Of a stretch of DNA of 64,000 nt, positions 11,343 to 25,985 are shown piece by piece. The DNA comes from Octopus vulgaris (Eukaryota): the NCBI GenBank assembly GCA_951406725.2, contig OX597815.1, forward strand, positions 96,162,001-96,226,000, given 5' to 3'. How positions within the stretch are numbered: the stretch's first letter is position 1; the number at the start of each line of letters is the position of its first letter. The notes beneath the pieces were generated by a model. That model worked only from the letters and a program-made list of their open reading frames with translations. It was not told the DNA's origin and did no database searches. A program made the translations under genes and the position numbers.

Positions 11343-13107
11343 GTGTGTGTGTGTGTGTATTACATCCTAGAGATAGTCACCACTATGAAGAGAACATGCA
11401 CAAGCTCGCGTTCAGGCACACTGTAGTTTAGATTATGAAGTGGAATGGCTGCAATATCCTGTCTCTTGGAAGGTTTTCATAGAACGCAGGATCAACTTTC
11501 AGGGTGATGCCGGTCACTTTACAGCACGTTGTACGAATTTTCTTTGGGATGCAACGATGGATCTTTGGCTGGTGAAATATTCTTCGACCGGGTATGTAAT
11601 TTCTTTGGCATCCACGACATTATTAGGTCACGAACGCCAACTACAGGTAACGGAATAGATAATATGCAAAACCCTTGTATATCCCTTATTTAATAAATAT
11701 ATTTGGTACTCTATGTTACTTTTTATAATTCAAGAGACTAGCATTTAAAGTGTGTCTCATCATTATAAATCACCCTGTTTATGTATATAGACACATATGT
11801 GTATGTGTGTGTGCGCGTGTATGTGTGTGTACGTGCGTGCGTACGTGTATGTGTATGTGTGTGTGGGTGCCAGCTTGATTATAAATATACTAGCTCGTCC
11901 TGTGCTGTCAAAAATGACGTCTAATTGCAGTATTTTTTATATAAATAAGATACATAATAATCACACGCACAAACATTGGCAGACTTCTCCAGTACACACA
12001 CACACATACACACAAATACTCATTCAGAGTTGAAACGCTATTTGATTTTTCTTTTCAGCGTTCAATGTTCACCAACACATAAAAAACCATTTACATTTTG
12101 CTATCACTCCTTCCTTATTCCTCTATCACGCCTTCCTTTCTCATTCATATGTTCCATTGCACACACACATACACAAACATTCACGTACATCCTTTTTGCA
12201 TATACACCCCTTCCTTCCTTGACGGAGAAAGATACAAGAGTATTATGGTAGTAGATATAGGGTTTATATACCTTAAGTAAAGTAAAGTGTGCCTGTATGT
12301 GTGTATGTGTGGGGGGCATATGCTTGCCTGAAGGCATGCTTGTGTGTATTTGTGTGTGTTTGTGTTTATGTATTTCGTGCGTAAGTTAGCATAACTATAT
12401 ACTGGCATCTTCTGTTCAATGGACTCTCAACTCTAACCACACTTTACCTTTATAAATATCACAATCCGTTAAAATCTATGTTTACATCTCTTGAAAAGAT
12501 AATTATGACCACAATACATTCCCTATAACGATAACAATAATTTTCATCGTTTTGTCTTCCTTCTCTCCTTCTGTTTCTCATTGTCTTCATTATCCTGAAC
12601 TCCAATCCACACCGATTCTTGTACATATTTGGATTCGCCTTTTCTTGTATCACCCATTGTTCCTTTAAACTGACTTTCACCATATTTGTTACTTTTATAG
12701 TATATTTTTTCAATTATTTTTACTTCTAGCATTTCTATTCTGATGTATCACCATTGTGTTGTGAATAATTTAAAAATTCCGTGCGACAATGTAATTTGCA
12801 TTAACGCAATCTCAGCCTGACGATTGGTTATGTTGAATAGATTTCATTGGATAACAATTGCGTCATGAGATTCAGCTAGTTAAGAAGCAGCTGTTCCTTT
12901 CCCTGAAACTGGATGAGTGTATTTGTGTGTGTGCGCGCGCACACACACACACATACATAAGAATAACACATGGTTGTTTCTACGCAGGGAAATATATAGG
13001 CAATTTTTTTGTTGAAAATTCACCTAAACAATTAGAAGTTTTCTAATTTTAGGGGCATTTTCAACAACAAATTTGCATACATCTATATCTATATCTATCT
13101 ATCAATA

Positions 13108-13150
<43 letters not shown>

Positions 13151-13364
13151 ATATATATATATAAAACATAGTAAATAGGGTAATAAAAATAAATTATTAT
13201 TACCAGTGACCTAGCACAAAAGACGGATTAGTCATTAGACTATACGTTATTCATATATAAATACATTAAAAGGCTTCCAAATACAGAAGCAAGTGCTAGA
13301 TACACAAAGAGGGGATAATTCATGAAATGGAATGAAAATCAAAAACGTTTACCATCTCAGCTAA

Positions 13365-13441
13365 TCCTGTACTGCAGTTTCGTCTCTTTTTTTTAGCAAA
13401 TGAATAGAATTCATCTGCCAAGGCCAGACTCGTCAGCAGGA
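13365..13441 (-). ncRNA. Type I hammerhead ribozyme with intact core
   Basis: Minus strand: tcctg-CTGACGA-gtct..agac-GAAACtgcaGTA-cagga. Stem I 5 bp, stem II gtct/agac with an internal 10-bp hairpin, palindromic stem III ACTGCAGT, GUA triplet. Confidence 0.85.
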
Positions 13442-13616
13442 AGCCTTTATAATCCAAGCTGTACATATCGCTAGAAGCACGTGCAAATCTAACGATCTGT
13501 ATACTCTAACTTTTCAGACCCTATTTACTGTTTTAAATATTACTCGATAAATTTGCTCGTAAATTTTTACCGACATCATCCGGGTATGGTTTGCGTCTGC
13601 GCACTGGTCTGAAAAG

Positions 13617-13653
<37 letters not shown>

Positions 13654-13872
13654 CGTGTGTGTGTGTGGTGTGTGTGTGTGTGTATAATTGAAACCGCAGA
13701 TGATTGGTGTTTAAACTTTTGGAGGTAGTTTCGATAGAACTCATTATTTTCATGTAGTCAAGATAGATTGCAACATACGTTATGTAGTTTTCCTGGCTCA
13801 TCAGGCCAATTTAAATTTAATCAAGCACAACTAGCTAGTATTCCGTTGAGTGTACGCAACTGCTAATATATA

Positions 13873-14106
13873 TTTCTTTACTACCCTCAAGGGGCTAAAC
13901 ACAGAGTGAACAAACAAGGACATACAAACGGATTAAGTCGATTACATCGACCCCAGTGCATAACTAGTACTTAATTTATTGACCCCCGAAAGGATGAAAC
14001 GCAAAGTCGATCTCGGCGGAATTTGAACTCAGAACGTAACGGCAGACGAAATACGCCTACGCATTTCGCCCGGGGTGCTAACTTTTCTGCCAGCTCGCCG
14101 CCTTCC
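13873..14106 (-). mobile_element. SINE family 1, full length, 20-bp TSD
   Basis: Head ggcggcgagctggcaga..gagttcaaattcc. TSD tacgcaRctgctaatatata at 13853-13872 and 14107-14126. Confidence 0.9.
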
Positions 14107-14312
14107 TACGCAGCTGCTAATATATAAATACAGAATTATATTTGTTCAAGTTATGACAAGTAGTCGTTGTACAGCTTAAAGAGGAGAAGATATACTTTAT
14201 AATTGTAGGTCATGAAATAAGAGAAAAATATGTGTTAATACTGGCCAGACAAATATGTCGTTTCATATAAATGTGTATGTGTGTGTAGTTTCCTTTTATT
14301 TTTTTAATTTTA

Positions 14313-14598
14313 TTTGTTTCAGTCGTTTTGAATTAGGCCATCCTTGAGCATCGTCTTTATTTGAACAAATCGTCAGGATGACTTGTTTTTTGTAATCCTA
14401 GTAATAATCTCTCGGTCCCTTTTACCGCTAGGTTTACCAGAATATAAACACATCAATATCGGTTGCAAAGCGATACGGGGGATACAAACACAGACACACA
14501 AGCATACACACACATGTATACGACGGGCTTCTTTCAGTTTCCATGTACCAAATCCACTCACAAGTCTTTGGTCGGCCCGAGACTATGGTAGAAGACAA
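14313..14598 (-). mobile_element. SINE family 2, degenerate partial copy
   Basis: Reverse-complement similarity to 15770-16070 (cttctttcagtttcc..accaaatccactcacaag). Confidence 0.75.
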
Positions 14599-14738
14599 AA
14601 CAGCAGTTAGCCTCAGGCAAAACACATATCAATTGACTGACAAGGGAGACGACTTCGCGTATTTATGAAAATAAAATCATGTAAGTATATTTTGGTACAG
14701 ACATAGACATATGTATTTACACACACACGCACGCACAC

Positions 14739-14807
<69 letters not shown>

Positions 14808-15024
14808 TGTATATGTATATGGTTGTGCGGTAAGTAGCTTGCTTACAAACCACATAGTCCGGGGTTGAGTGCCACTACGTTCACCTGTATCTTCTACTAT
14901 AGCCTATATGTTTCAAGGTCATCCACCTAACATATCACATCTCGTCGAACATTTAATCACATATAATGCTTTTGAGCGCTTCTATTGCAGTCCTATTTAC
15001 CTTCTTGTTCATAATAAGACACAA

Positions 15025-15167
<143 letters not shown>

Positions 15168-15384
15168 GTATTATTTTAGTCTCTTCTCTGTTTCAGTCAT
15201 TTGATTGTGGCCATGCTCCAGTACCATATAATAAGTTTTATATTTAAAGAAATCAATCTCAAAACTTATCATTTCTAAGCCTAGTAGTTATATCATTCCT
15301 TTTGCCCAACCGCTAAGTTATGAGGACGTAGACTCATCAGGATCGGTTGTCAAGCGAGTAGTAGATACAAACAGAGACACAGAT

Positions 15385-16422
<1,038 letters not shown>

Positions 16423-16846
16423 ACACACACACACGCACAGATACATATATTAACAATTTATAATTATAGCCACACAAGTTCGAAGACTAGCACCTGTAAA
16501 TTGTAATAAATGTCAAATGAATACGAAGTATTGATTCCCAAATATTGTATTTTGGTATTCTTTTTTTTATTATTAATACAGCTGAAACGAGATATATCTC
16601 AAACATGGATGCAAACATTTATAGTTTATTTTGTAAATTTTTATTTTGAGAAAAATAATAGTTTCGGAGGTAACTAGGTGCATTTGTACATTATCTTTTG
16701 TTTAGGATTTTAAACATAATCTATAATATTATCAAAATAAACTATATGTAAATATTGCAGCAAATATAGATAACCAGAAGAAATTACATGTTTTGAATTA
16801 TAGATATATTTTCCTTCCGTATGTCTTTTGTTTCATAGATGTTGTA

Positions 16847-17062
16847 TGAGAGGGAAGCTGATACGCTCCTGGATTAAAGGGTGTCGCGGAAGGCCTGGCT
16901 GGAGTCCCCAAAGTTGAGTTCTTTTACAGGGTTTTGGAAAACTGAAGGACCGTTACAATAATTGTGTGAATTTGGGAGGGAAATATGTTGAATAAAATCA
17001 TAATTAACTGATTCTCCTGTATGTTCTGTTACTCAAGCAAGGAACATTTAAACACCTACACG
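16847..17062 (+). mobile_element. Internally deleted mariner-like element
   Basis: TA flanks and decayed TIRs (tgagagggaagctg / aacacctacacg). C-terminal remnant LLQGFGKLKDRYNNCVNLGGKYVE*. Confidence 0.65.
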
Positions 17063-18757
17063 TAGGGTAGGTGATAAAGATGTTCAGTCACGTATTTTTA
17101 AAAATCAATTTCCATCGGTTTACTTCGTTTTATCATTTTAAATTTCAAATAGTGTTAATTCAGATTTCCTTATATTTCGTTCAATCCTTTATAATTGTTA
17201 TTTTTGAGGTTGGTAAAGGTGCAAGGATAATATTCTGAGGACAATTATAGCTCTCCTTCTGAAAATGTTACACATTTTAAGATGTTAGACGCTCACCGAT
17301 CTTATTTCTATTTAGATATTTCCTACAATAACACTTCTTCAATTCATTAACACTTCACCAATTAGCGTTTTACAAAAAACAACTAGAAATTATGTGCGAC
17401 GTGTATATTTGTACATTCAATAAATCACTGCCCTCGATAATTCTATATTTTCTGATAATATTAATCGGCAATGTAGCTAAAGTCATTAACATCTCCTATC
17501 TTTTATTTACAAAACAACTTACCTTTCTTGATGCACTGAAATAATTTATCTCACAAATATGATGAAATAGTCCGCTTTGCAAATACTTCTATTTCATAAC
17601 GGTGTTAGGGCTCTTTATATATCTTGGAAAACCATTCATTTCTTGGGTTTGTTGGATAGAAAATTACCGTATATAGGCTGTGAACAAGACAGCACATTAG
17701 ATCATATGAGTTTTAACATAAAAACTAAATTGAATGATGCGTTTCTGAAACGGTGTGTCATTTTCACTTATTAATTTGGAGAATGTGATATATGGACACT
17801 ATTTATCCATAAGCCGCTTTGAGAAACGACTGTATGTGAGTGTGTGTGTGTGCGTGTGTGTGCATGTTTGAGTATTTGTGTGTATATGAACATTTTATTT
17901 TATGTTTACTAACGTTGGTAGGAGCCTACAAATATAACTTTCTCGAAATGTATTATATATCTTATTACTATTACAGACTTCTGGCAATATTTTCTCGTTA
18001 CGCTATCAGGGAAACATCAGTACATCCTTTGTTTTAGTTTATTATACATGACAGGCTGGATATTTTAAGATCTTTGACTGTAAGTAACCTTTATATAAAC
18101 GTAAATTTCCTAAACAAATAAAGCAATATATTTTCTGTTTTTGTAATATATATATATATATACAGACGCATTGCACCTATTTCACCCTATTTATCTGTCT
18201 ATCTATCTCATGTATTTACCATTTTTGGACAATGTTAACGGTCTCTGAATTAAAATATCTACGAAGGACAAAAACATGGTATTTAAACAATTAATCAGCA
18301 ACGTAAAATGACATATGAAGATTATACTGAGCAATACATTAATCACAACAGAATCTGTTCCATTATTTTCTCTTCTCACTAAATAGATTTATCATTCTGA
18401 CTCGTTTTATTTTTCTATTTTTTATCTCACAGCATCAACACATGTAGCATACGCCTAATATCCCCATTGCCCGAGGCATAATAGACTGTTAGATTAACTC
18501 GATTGTTATCAGTATTCTATTTTTTAAATTTATAACTAATAATTGAAATCCATTTTGAATTCAGATGGCTATAAACACTAACACTCTTCCAATGAACTAG
18601 ACGTATACGATTATATAATAAATGTGATATTTACTTAATTACCGGCAGCAAGTTTGTATAAAGTGTTACTGGAAGATAAACCGTGCCAGTGCCCACAGCA
18701 TACAAACACCGGCAGTAAATTGTGTGTTCGATATGGTCATTATATAGCATGGAATGA

Positions 18758-19074
18758 AGGTGCCTGGCCAAGCGGCTACAGTACTCATTTCACGATTGTT
18801 AGATCGTGAGTTGGATTACTGGTGGCTTGTTGTCTCCTTGGTCAAATTTATTTCTCGTTGCTGCAGTCCACCGAGCTAGCAAATGCGATTGGCACCGTTA
18901 TTGGAAGGGCCAGTCTTGTCACACACTCTGTCACGCTGTAATCTCCCTAAGAATGACGTTAAGGACACGCTTGTCTGTGGAGTGCTTAACCACTTGTCAC
19001 ATTAATTTCACGAGCAGACTATTCTGTTGATCGGATCAAATAGAGCCATTGTTGTTGTAACAGAGTGAGTGCCA
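18758..19074 (+). mobile_element. SINE family 3, older copy
   Basis: Shares the gggccag..gtcacgctg..gttaagg..tgtggagtgct..attaatttcacgag..gttgatcggatcaa block with 58642 and 62664. Confidence 0.8.
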
Positions 19075-19344
19075 GTATAGCAAGGAATTTCAGTTTCGCA
19101 GATCAGAATTTCATAGTAATTATGCGATTGTAGAACTCACTGCAGAGAGGATATTTTCTGTTGAGAAAAATCTTCACGTGGATGAATTTTCGAAACTGAA
19201 CAGTAAACTGCATTATTTGTAGAGGGCGAGTGGGAATAACATTTGTTTAAGCAATATAATTTCATTTGTATTTAAATATCCTCACTTATGTTTAATGATG
19301 GCTCTATGCTATGTACATAGATGATACAATATCGTTGCTATATT

Positions 19345-19742
19345 AAGTCGGCGGGCTGGCAGAATCGTTAGTACGCCGGGCGAAATGCTTAGCGGTTTTT
19401 CGTCTGCCGTTACGTTCTGAGTTCTAATTCCGCTGAGGTCGAATTTGCCTTTCATCCTTCGGGGTCGATTAAATAAGTAACAGTTATGCACTGGGGTAGA
19501 TATAATCGACTTAATCCGTTTGTCTGTCCTTGTTTGTCCCCTCTGTGTGTAGCCCCTTGTGAGCAGTAAACAAATAAGTATTTCGTCTGCCGCTACGCTC
19601 TGATTTCAAATTCTACCGAGGTCGACTTTGCCTTTCATCCTTTTGGGATCCATAAATTATGTACCAGTTGCGTAGTGGAGTTGATCTAATCGACTATCCC
19701 CCCTCTCCCAAAATTTCGGGCATTGTACCTAGAGTATAAAAA
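19345..19742 (+). mobile_element. Dimeric SINE family 1 with 15-bp TSD
   Basis: Monomer 1 runs to ~19576, then a headless second monomer with a different tail. TSD aatatcgttgctata at 19328-19342 and 19743-19757. Confidence 0.88.
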
Positions 19743-20070
19743 AATATCGTTGCTATAATGATTTCTTAGGTACCTCATATCTTATTGTAGAACATGTATT
19801 CATTTCAATAGAAAAGAAAATTTCGAGTTACGTTAAACATACCTAAATTCTTCCATTAACCATGAAAAATCACTGTGACCTACCGATGTTCTTGCTTTTG
19901 AATGTTTTGAATATTGATTCAGAAATAGATCAACTTACATATTGTTTAGCATTGGCTTTCATCTAAAATACGAAATATGATACATATGCATATAAATGCA
20001 GTGCAGGTTTCAATTAGTAATGAAAATAAAACAATTCTATAAAGCTGGAATGAAGAAAAGTATTATTTAA

Positions 20071-21149
20071 TCTAGAATATATAAATCACAGTATGTGTGT
20101 ATATATTGACTAGCGCATACATTTCTACAATTCTCAACCGATTTTCGCCCAACTTTACTCACACATTTCTTATGTCTCATGGAAGGTCATGCACTATACC
20201 ATTTTGCCTAGAGCTCCCGTATAAATGGACAAACCGGAAAAAATATTGGTTTACATGATTTTTGCTCTAATTCGTTGTATGCACATAGATTTTTGTCTGT
20301 AGGGCCCTCCACTCTTTTAAAATCTATAATATAGATTGTATATAGTCGTATATTGACATTACAGAACATTTTTGAGAGGTTTTCGTACTTTCTTTTATTT
20401 ATTATTTATTTATATCTTGTAATTATGTATTATTACTTTCTATATCTTTTTACATGCGCATTGCTGTGAATTTTGTGTTTAAATGTTTTGGTTAGAGAAT
20501 ATCATAAAAGTTAAATGACTTTGTCTATTTATGTATTTCGATTGTTTTCTATACTTTTTAATCTATATGTTCGTATATGTGGATTACAGAATATTCTTTA
20601 GTTATTTTAGCTTTTTTAGTTATTATTTATCTGTCTTACTACGCAACACATTTTCACTGTGAACTGCTAAAGATTCAAAGCGGTATTCGTGAACTGACAT
20701 CAAACTCTTCACTTTAATTCTACTTTTTAAAGTAGATATTTTATTGCCTCTTTTGGACGTACCGATCATACTTCTCACCGTGAAAATAGCCCTTTTGCTG
20801 TTGAATAAAGTAAACTCGCAGCAGGAAAGTTTCAACGTCTTCCTTCAATTTCCTTACACCATTTATGTGGCTGTTTCTAACGAGGAATTTTGTTTACATG
20901 TAAAACAACTTTATTGTGTAGTCAGTATCCGAAATCCACACTCAAAACATTTCAGTAGCTCTACTTAGCATCGCTTGCAAACTTATATCTTCTATGATCA
21001 TTAAAGCGAAAAGACCTCTAGAATAACCAACTTTCAACTTGGTTTTTCCGTTTATCTAGGTTAATGGAAAACCTTCGGTATCTCAAGCATTTGGTGAAAC
21101 ATATCGCCATAGCAATTTATACCGCCCAAAGGAAGGCTGCGTTTGCTAG
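20071..21149 (+). mobile_element. Possible non-autonomous Helitron
   Basis: 5' A|TCTAGAATATATAAA..gtatgtgtgt. 3' imperfect GC hairpin followed by CTAG|T at 21146-21150. Confidence 0.45.
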
Positions 21150-22601
21150 TAGAACGTATAACTTTACTGTGAAGAATAGGAATATTGAAAGATTTCTTAA
21201 AAATAAGCGACATAGAATTGTTTTTCTAAGTAACATTTTAAAACGTTATATTGCATTAAATATGTAACCCGAGGGCTCCAAATTTTATTATAAGTCAAGG
21301 AAGTTTTCAGAAAATTTTCTGTGCAAAAGTGAAACAACACATGGTATAACGATAAAGAGATTTGGAAGAACCAAGGTTATTATATCGGATTTTGGTAACT
21401 TTCAATTTAGATATATAGTTATGAAATGAAACTTGTACATGTCATGGCTATCGTGCTAACATACCTAACATGTTTTCTATTAACTATTTATTCTTAAAGA
21501 CTTTCTCAAATCCACATCACGACGTGACAGTGTGTGTCAGACATGTCAGCTGGAGTTATTTTAGACGAACGACAATAATAAGTGGCAGAAAAATATACTA
21601 TAGATAAACAGCACTTATATCAACAACAATCATGCAGAGGGTCCAACAGCGTTAGAAATGAATATGAGTGTGAGGAAACGGCGTTTGGATATAACAAGAT
21701 ATGATTGGCGTAAACACATCAAGCCATTTATTAGGTCACCAATGCCAACGGAAAAGTCTGACAAACCAAATGATTTTTTCTATTTTTGGTTGATCAAACG
21801 ATTCATCGAAACAATCAGTCACTTAATGGTTAATTAATTAGATAACTAAATAATATCAATAAAACGACAAGTGTAAGAGAACAAGTGCATATATCAATTA
21901 CTGGCAACATGACGCATTCCCCTACACAAACAGCTAAAGATTTCACATAATGAATCATTAAAAAATCAGCACACACTTGTGTATGTGTATGTGTGCACCC
22001 TCACACACTCGCACATAAGCACGCACACATACACATTTACAAGGGAATATTTGATACTTATATATATATTTTTTTTCATACGCACACGTATAGACACACG
22101 TTAAAGGGGTATATATAAATATATATAAATATATGAAAATAATTATCAACGGTTTTATTGTAAAGAAGCGTCATCCTATAAATAATGCTATAAACTGCCT
22201 CGCTTGTACATAGAAGTATATGTGTATTTGTATATACATACATATTCCTAACTATTAACGCAATAACACAATTCGTTTGTTCTTTAATTTTGTGACAACT
22301 TACGTGGCTCTTCAGTAATACCGCGCACGCATCAGAATAATATTCAAAAATACTTTGTACAATGAATTAACTCTTTGCAATATATTTCTCTCGTGTTCAA
22401 ATTATACCACGAATTTTGCCTCCCATTATCTATGGAATTTTAAATTTCGCCAGTTTCATAAGTTACTATGGCATTATTACAAGAAATTGATAGTACAGGG
22501 ACAATTCTATCTTTTCATCGTTAATATGCTTTGAAACTTCTGTACACGATTTTGTTTGCCACTTCCTTTCTATGAAAAACAAAATAATAACTATAAATGA
22601 G

Positions 22602-22683
<82 letters not shown>

Positions 22684-23363
22684 CGGATAAAGTGTTACGA
22701 GTAAGATAATTAGAAATGTGAGTCTGCCAGTACAGTTTTGTAGAATGAACAGAGTTCTATGGCCTAGTAAAAAGCGGTAATTTTGCTTGACAGTTTGGTA
22801 AAAACTTTTCTTTGCTATTGATATGTACAAGCTACTTCGAAAAGCAACAAGGTCAATGGGGGTAAACATGTTGAATGATAATAATACCAGCCTGTCAAAT
22901 TTTATTTCAACTGTAATGAAATTCTTGGGTTTGCATTGAATAGGGTATTATTGTGCTAGGAGAGCTGTCTTGAATTATTACCGATTTCATTCTCATCATA
23001 ATTATCAAGGAGAGTCTTATGTTCAGGAATGGGTGAAAATGTAATAATGAAGCAAGGGCATAAATCTACACTGAGATTATTTATCGCTTCTCTTTTCGCC
23101 AACTATCCTGCAAATTCTATTATCGGAGGCAGACAATAACATTATAAATATTGTGTGAAATGCAAGAGGACTTATTGTTCTCGACGACAATATTACTGTC
23201 CATATCAGTATCATGGAAACAACCTGAGCCTGCCGGAGGCAAAAATGTGCTACAGAGACAGCAGAAATAAATTCAGAACCGTTCTTGAAACCCCAAAGCA
23301 TCAATATAATACATATATGTATACATATATACATATGTGTATATATATATATGTATGTATATG

Positions 23364-23402
<39 letters not shown>

Positions 23403-23419
23403 TTATGTATATGTATATA

Positions 23420-23472
<53 letters not shown>

Positions 23473-24486
23473 CAAAATTATATATATATATATGTAATTT
23501 TGTGTTACTTTTTGGTTAATATTTTACATATACAAATCATGGGATTCTACAGAATTACAAAAATCTAGAAAGAATAAACTGATCAATATTCATGTAAATT
23601 TAGAAATGTTTTAATTAAATTAGTCCCCTCGACTTCAAATAATTTACTGTATGATATCAGATGTGATATCATACTGATGACTATTCTAGTTACACCGGAA
23701 TATTTTTATTATTTACCACAACCATATTAACTAAGTAAATCGCTAGTTATTAATTCATTGAAATTGAGCCTGCGTGATCATAAATGATTTCTTGTTTTTA
23801 AATACTTAATTTGGAAGAAAATATTATAAAATCGCTTTCACATGGTAGATATGATGTTTGCAGCAATAGACATGTATAGAAATTCAATCATGTAATTTCT
23901 GCTTATTAACTGATAGATATACGCATGTATGTCTGAAAGCAAATGAGTGTAAAATGCCGACTGCAAACCTGTTTGTATTATCGATGTCAGGAAGAAGTGG
24001 TTTTTATGGCGACAGCATTCACAAAGTTAGAACAAGTTTCGGTTTTATATTACATTTGGACATTAAGAACGACAGCTGATGATATATCATAGCAAAAGCA
24101 AATATCAATAAAGCTCGAGACAAGTAGGTATTTTAACGTCGTGACTCAACATATTTTATTGTGCATAACGCTGGTATTGTCGAATTTAGGATGAGTCTTG
24201 GCTGTCAGGTTCAGAGCAGCATCAGTCTAATGCGTTGCTAGCCCACTTTATATTAGAGCTGAGTAGATGGAGTAATGTGAAATAAAATGCTTTCAACAAG
24301 AATACACTTGCTGCCTGGTGCACGAATTTAATCCCAGGCATTGTGATTGTATCTGGTTGCTCGGGCACATAGCACACACACATACATATACATATAAATA
24401 TATATGGATATATGTATATATATGCATATGTATGTATATATATATATACATGTATATATATGTATATATATATATGTATATATATG

Positions 24487-24557
<71 letters not shown>

Positions 24558-24570
<13 letters not shown>

Positions 24571-25482
24571 TAAAAATGAGGGTTTTTGCACCAGGTTGCT
24601 ATACCACATACCGAAAGTATTAGAAATAGCAGCCAGACGACTGTTATTTCTTTTACTACAAAAATAAGTCCCACAGACAACAGAATTTATAACTCACTAT
24701 GGCAAAAAACGAAGAAAAACAACGAAATCAAACAGTGTCTGTTTAGAAATAACAGTCGACTGGCTGCCATTTCTAATACTTTCGGTATGTGTTCTAGCAA
24801 CCTGTTGCAAAGACCCTCATTATTATAATTATATATAATTTTACCGAATATGGTCCTTTTTCCATAACGAAAACTACTTGGTGAAATTTGTTGATTTTAA
24901 TAAATTAATTATATTTCCCCCTTTGTCTGTATTGATTATTTTATTCCCCTACGACGGAACTACGAGTTCATTTTCGGCATAATTTTTTTGACTCACGTGG
25001 TAGAAATTCTGGAGGGAGATACGAATTCACTTGTCTATATAAATGTGGATATACTGGTCAGTTTCTATATGTCCGATGTCGCCTGTTCGGAATATGGTGG
25101 TAAGATTTCCTAGCATTTTCAAATTTATTTATCGGAATATTATGTTGATGAAGGAAATGAATCTGTGATTTTAATCCAGAAACGTATGCGTCCATAATAG
25201 ACCGGACACTGTTTGATTTCGTTGTTTTTCTTCGTTTTTTTTGCCATAGTGAGTTACAAATACTGTTGTCTGTGGGACATATTTTTGTAGTAAAAGAAAT
25301 AACAGTCGTCTGGCTGCTATTTCTAATACTTTCGGTATGTGGTCTAGCAACCTGGTGCAAAGACCCTCATTGTTCTAATTATATATAATTTTACCGAATA
25401 TGGTCCTTTTCCATACAGAAAAAACTACTTGGTGAAATTTGTTGATTTTATTGAATTAATTATATTTCACCCTTTATCTGTA
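24558..25482 (+). mobile_element. Retrozyme-like / non-autonomous Penelope-type element: 550-bp monomer + partial tandem repeat + 5' inverted segment
   Basis: Direct repeat 24745-24931 = 25295-25482 (period 550). 24558-24739 is the reverse complement of 25205-25387. HHR at 25138-25199. (TA)n on both sides. Confidence 0.75.
25138..25199 (+). ncRNA. Type I hammerhead ribozyme (C3>U variant)
   Basis: tattatg-TTGATGA-a-gga..tcc-a-GAAACgtatgcGTC-cataata. 7-bp stem I, GUC triplet. Confidence 0.75.
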
Positions 25483-25494
25483 TATATATATATG

Positions 25495-25597
<103 letters not shown>

Positions 25598-25852
25598 ATA
25601 TATATATGGAAAAAATATCAAGGTAGAAAATGCTAAAATAATTTTATAAAAAACATTTTATTACGGTTTCAGTCATTGAGACTTTTTCAACTGTATGGAA
25701 AAGAATTAAAGTTTGGAAAAATTAAAAGAAAATTTTTTCAAAAGAATATTTGCATAGTAATCAAATACAAGGGGCATATTTCTTCATCCGCCTGTCTCTG
25801 TCCCTCTTGTTTACTCATGTGAGTTAGAGGTCATTGTGAATTCTTGGCAGCG

Positions 25853-25985
25853 ATGAAGAAGGAGAAGAAGAAGAAGAAGAAGAAGAAGAAGAGGAGGAGG
25901 AAGAAGAAGAAGAAGAAAAAGAAGAAGAGGAAGAAAAAGAAGAAGAAGAAGAAGAAAAGAAGAAGAAGAAGAAGAAGAAGAAGGA
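25853..25985. repeat. (GAA)n-rich microsatellite
   Basis: Direct reading of the sequence. Confidence 0.95.

Noticed and set aside
11440-11660. FQGDAGHFTAR resembling the Tc1/mariner FQQDGAPxHTA motif
   Set aside because: Single weak motif with no TIRs or supporting motifs.
13001-13076. 76-bp imperfect hairpin
   Set aside because: AT-rich, no TSD or second copy in the window; cannot call it a MITE.
13700-13810. Minus-strand CTGATGA..GAAAC
   Set aside because: No stem II closure, and stem I is not adjacent to a UH triplet.
23077-24680. [12 protein letters not shown]-rich ORFs here and throughout the window
   Set aside because: Products of (TA)n, (TG)n and (CTAT)n tracts.
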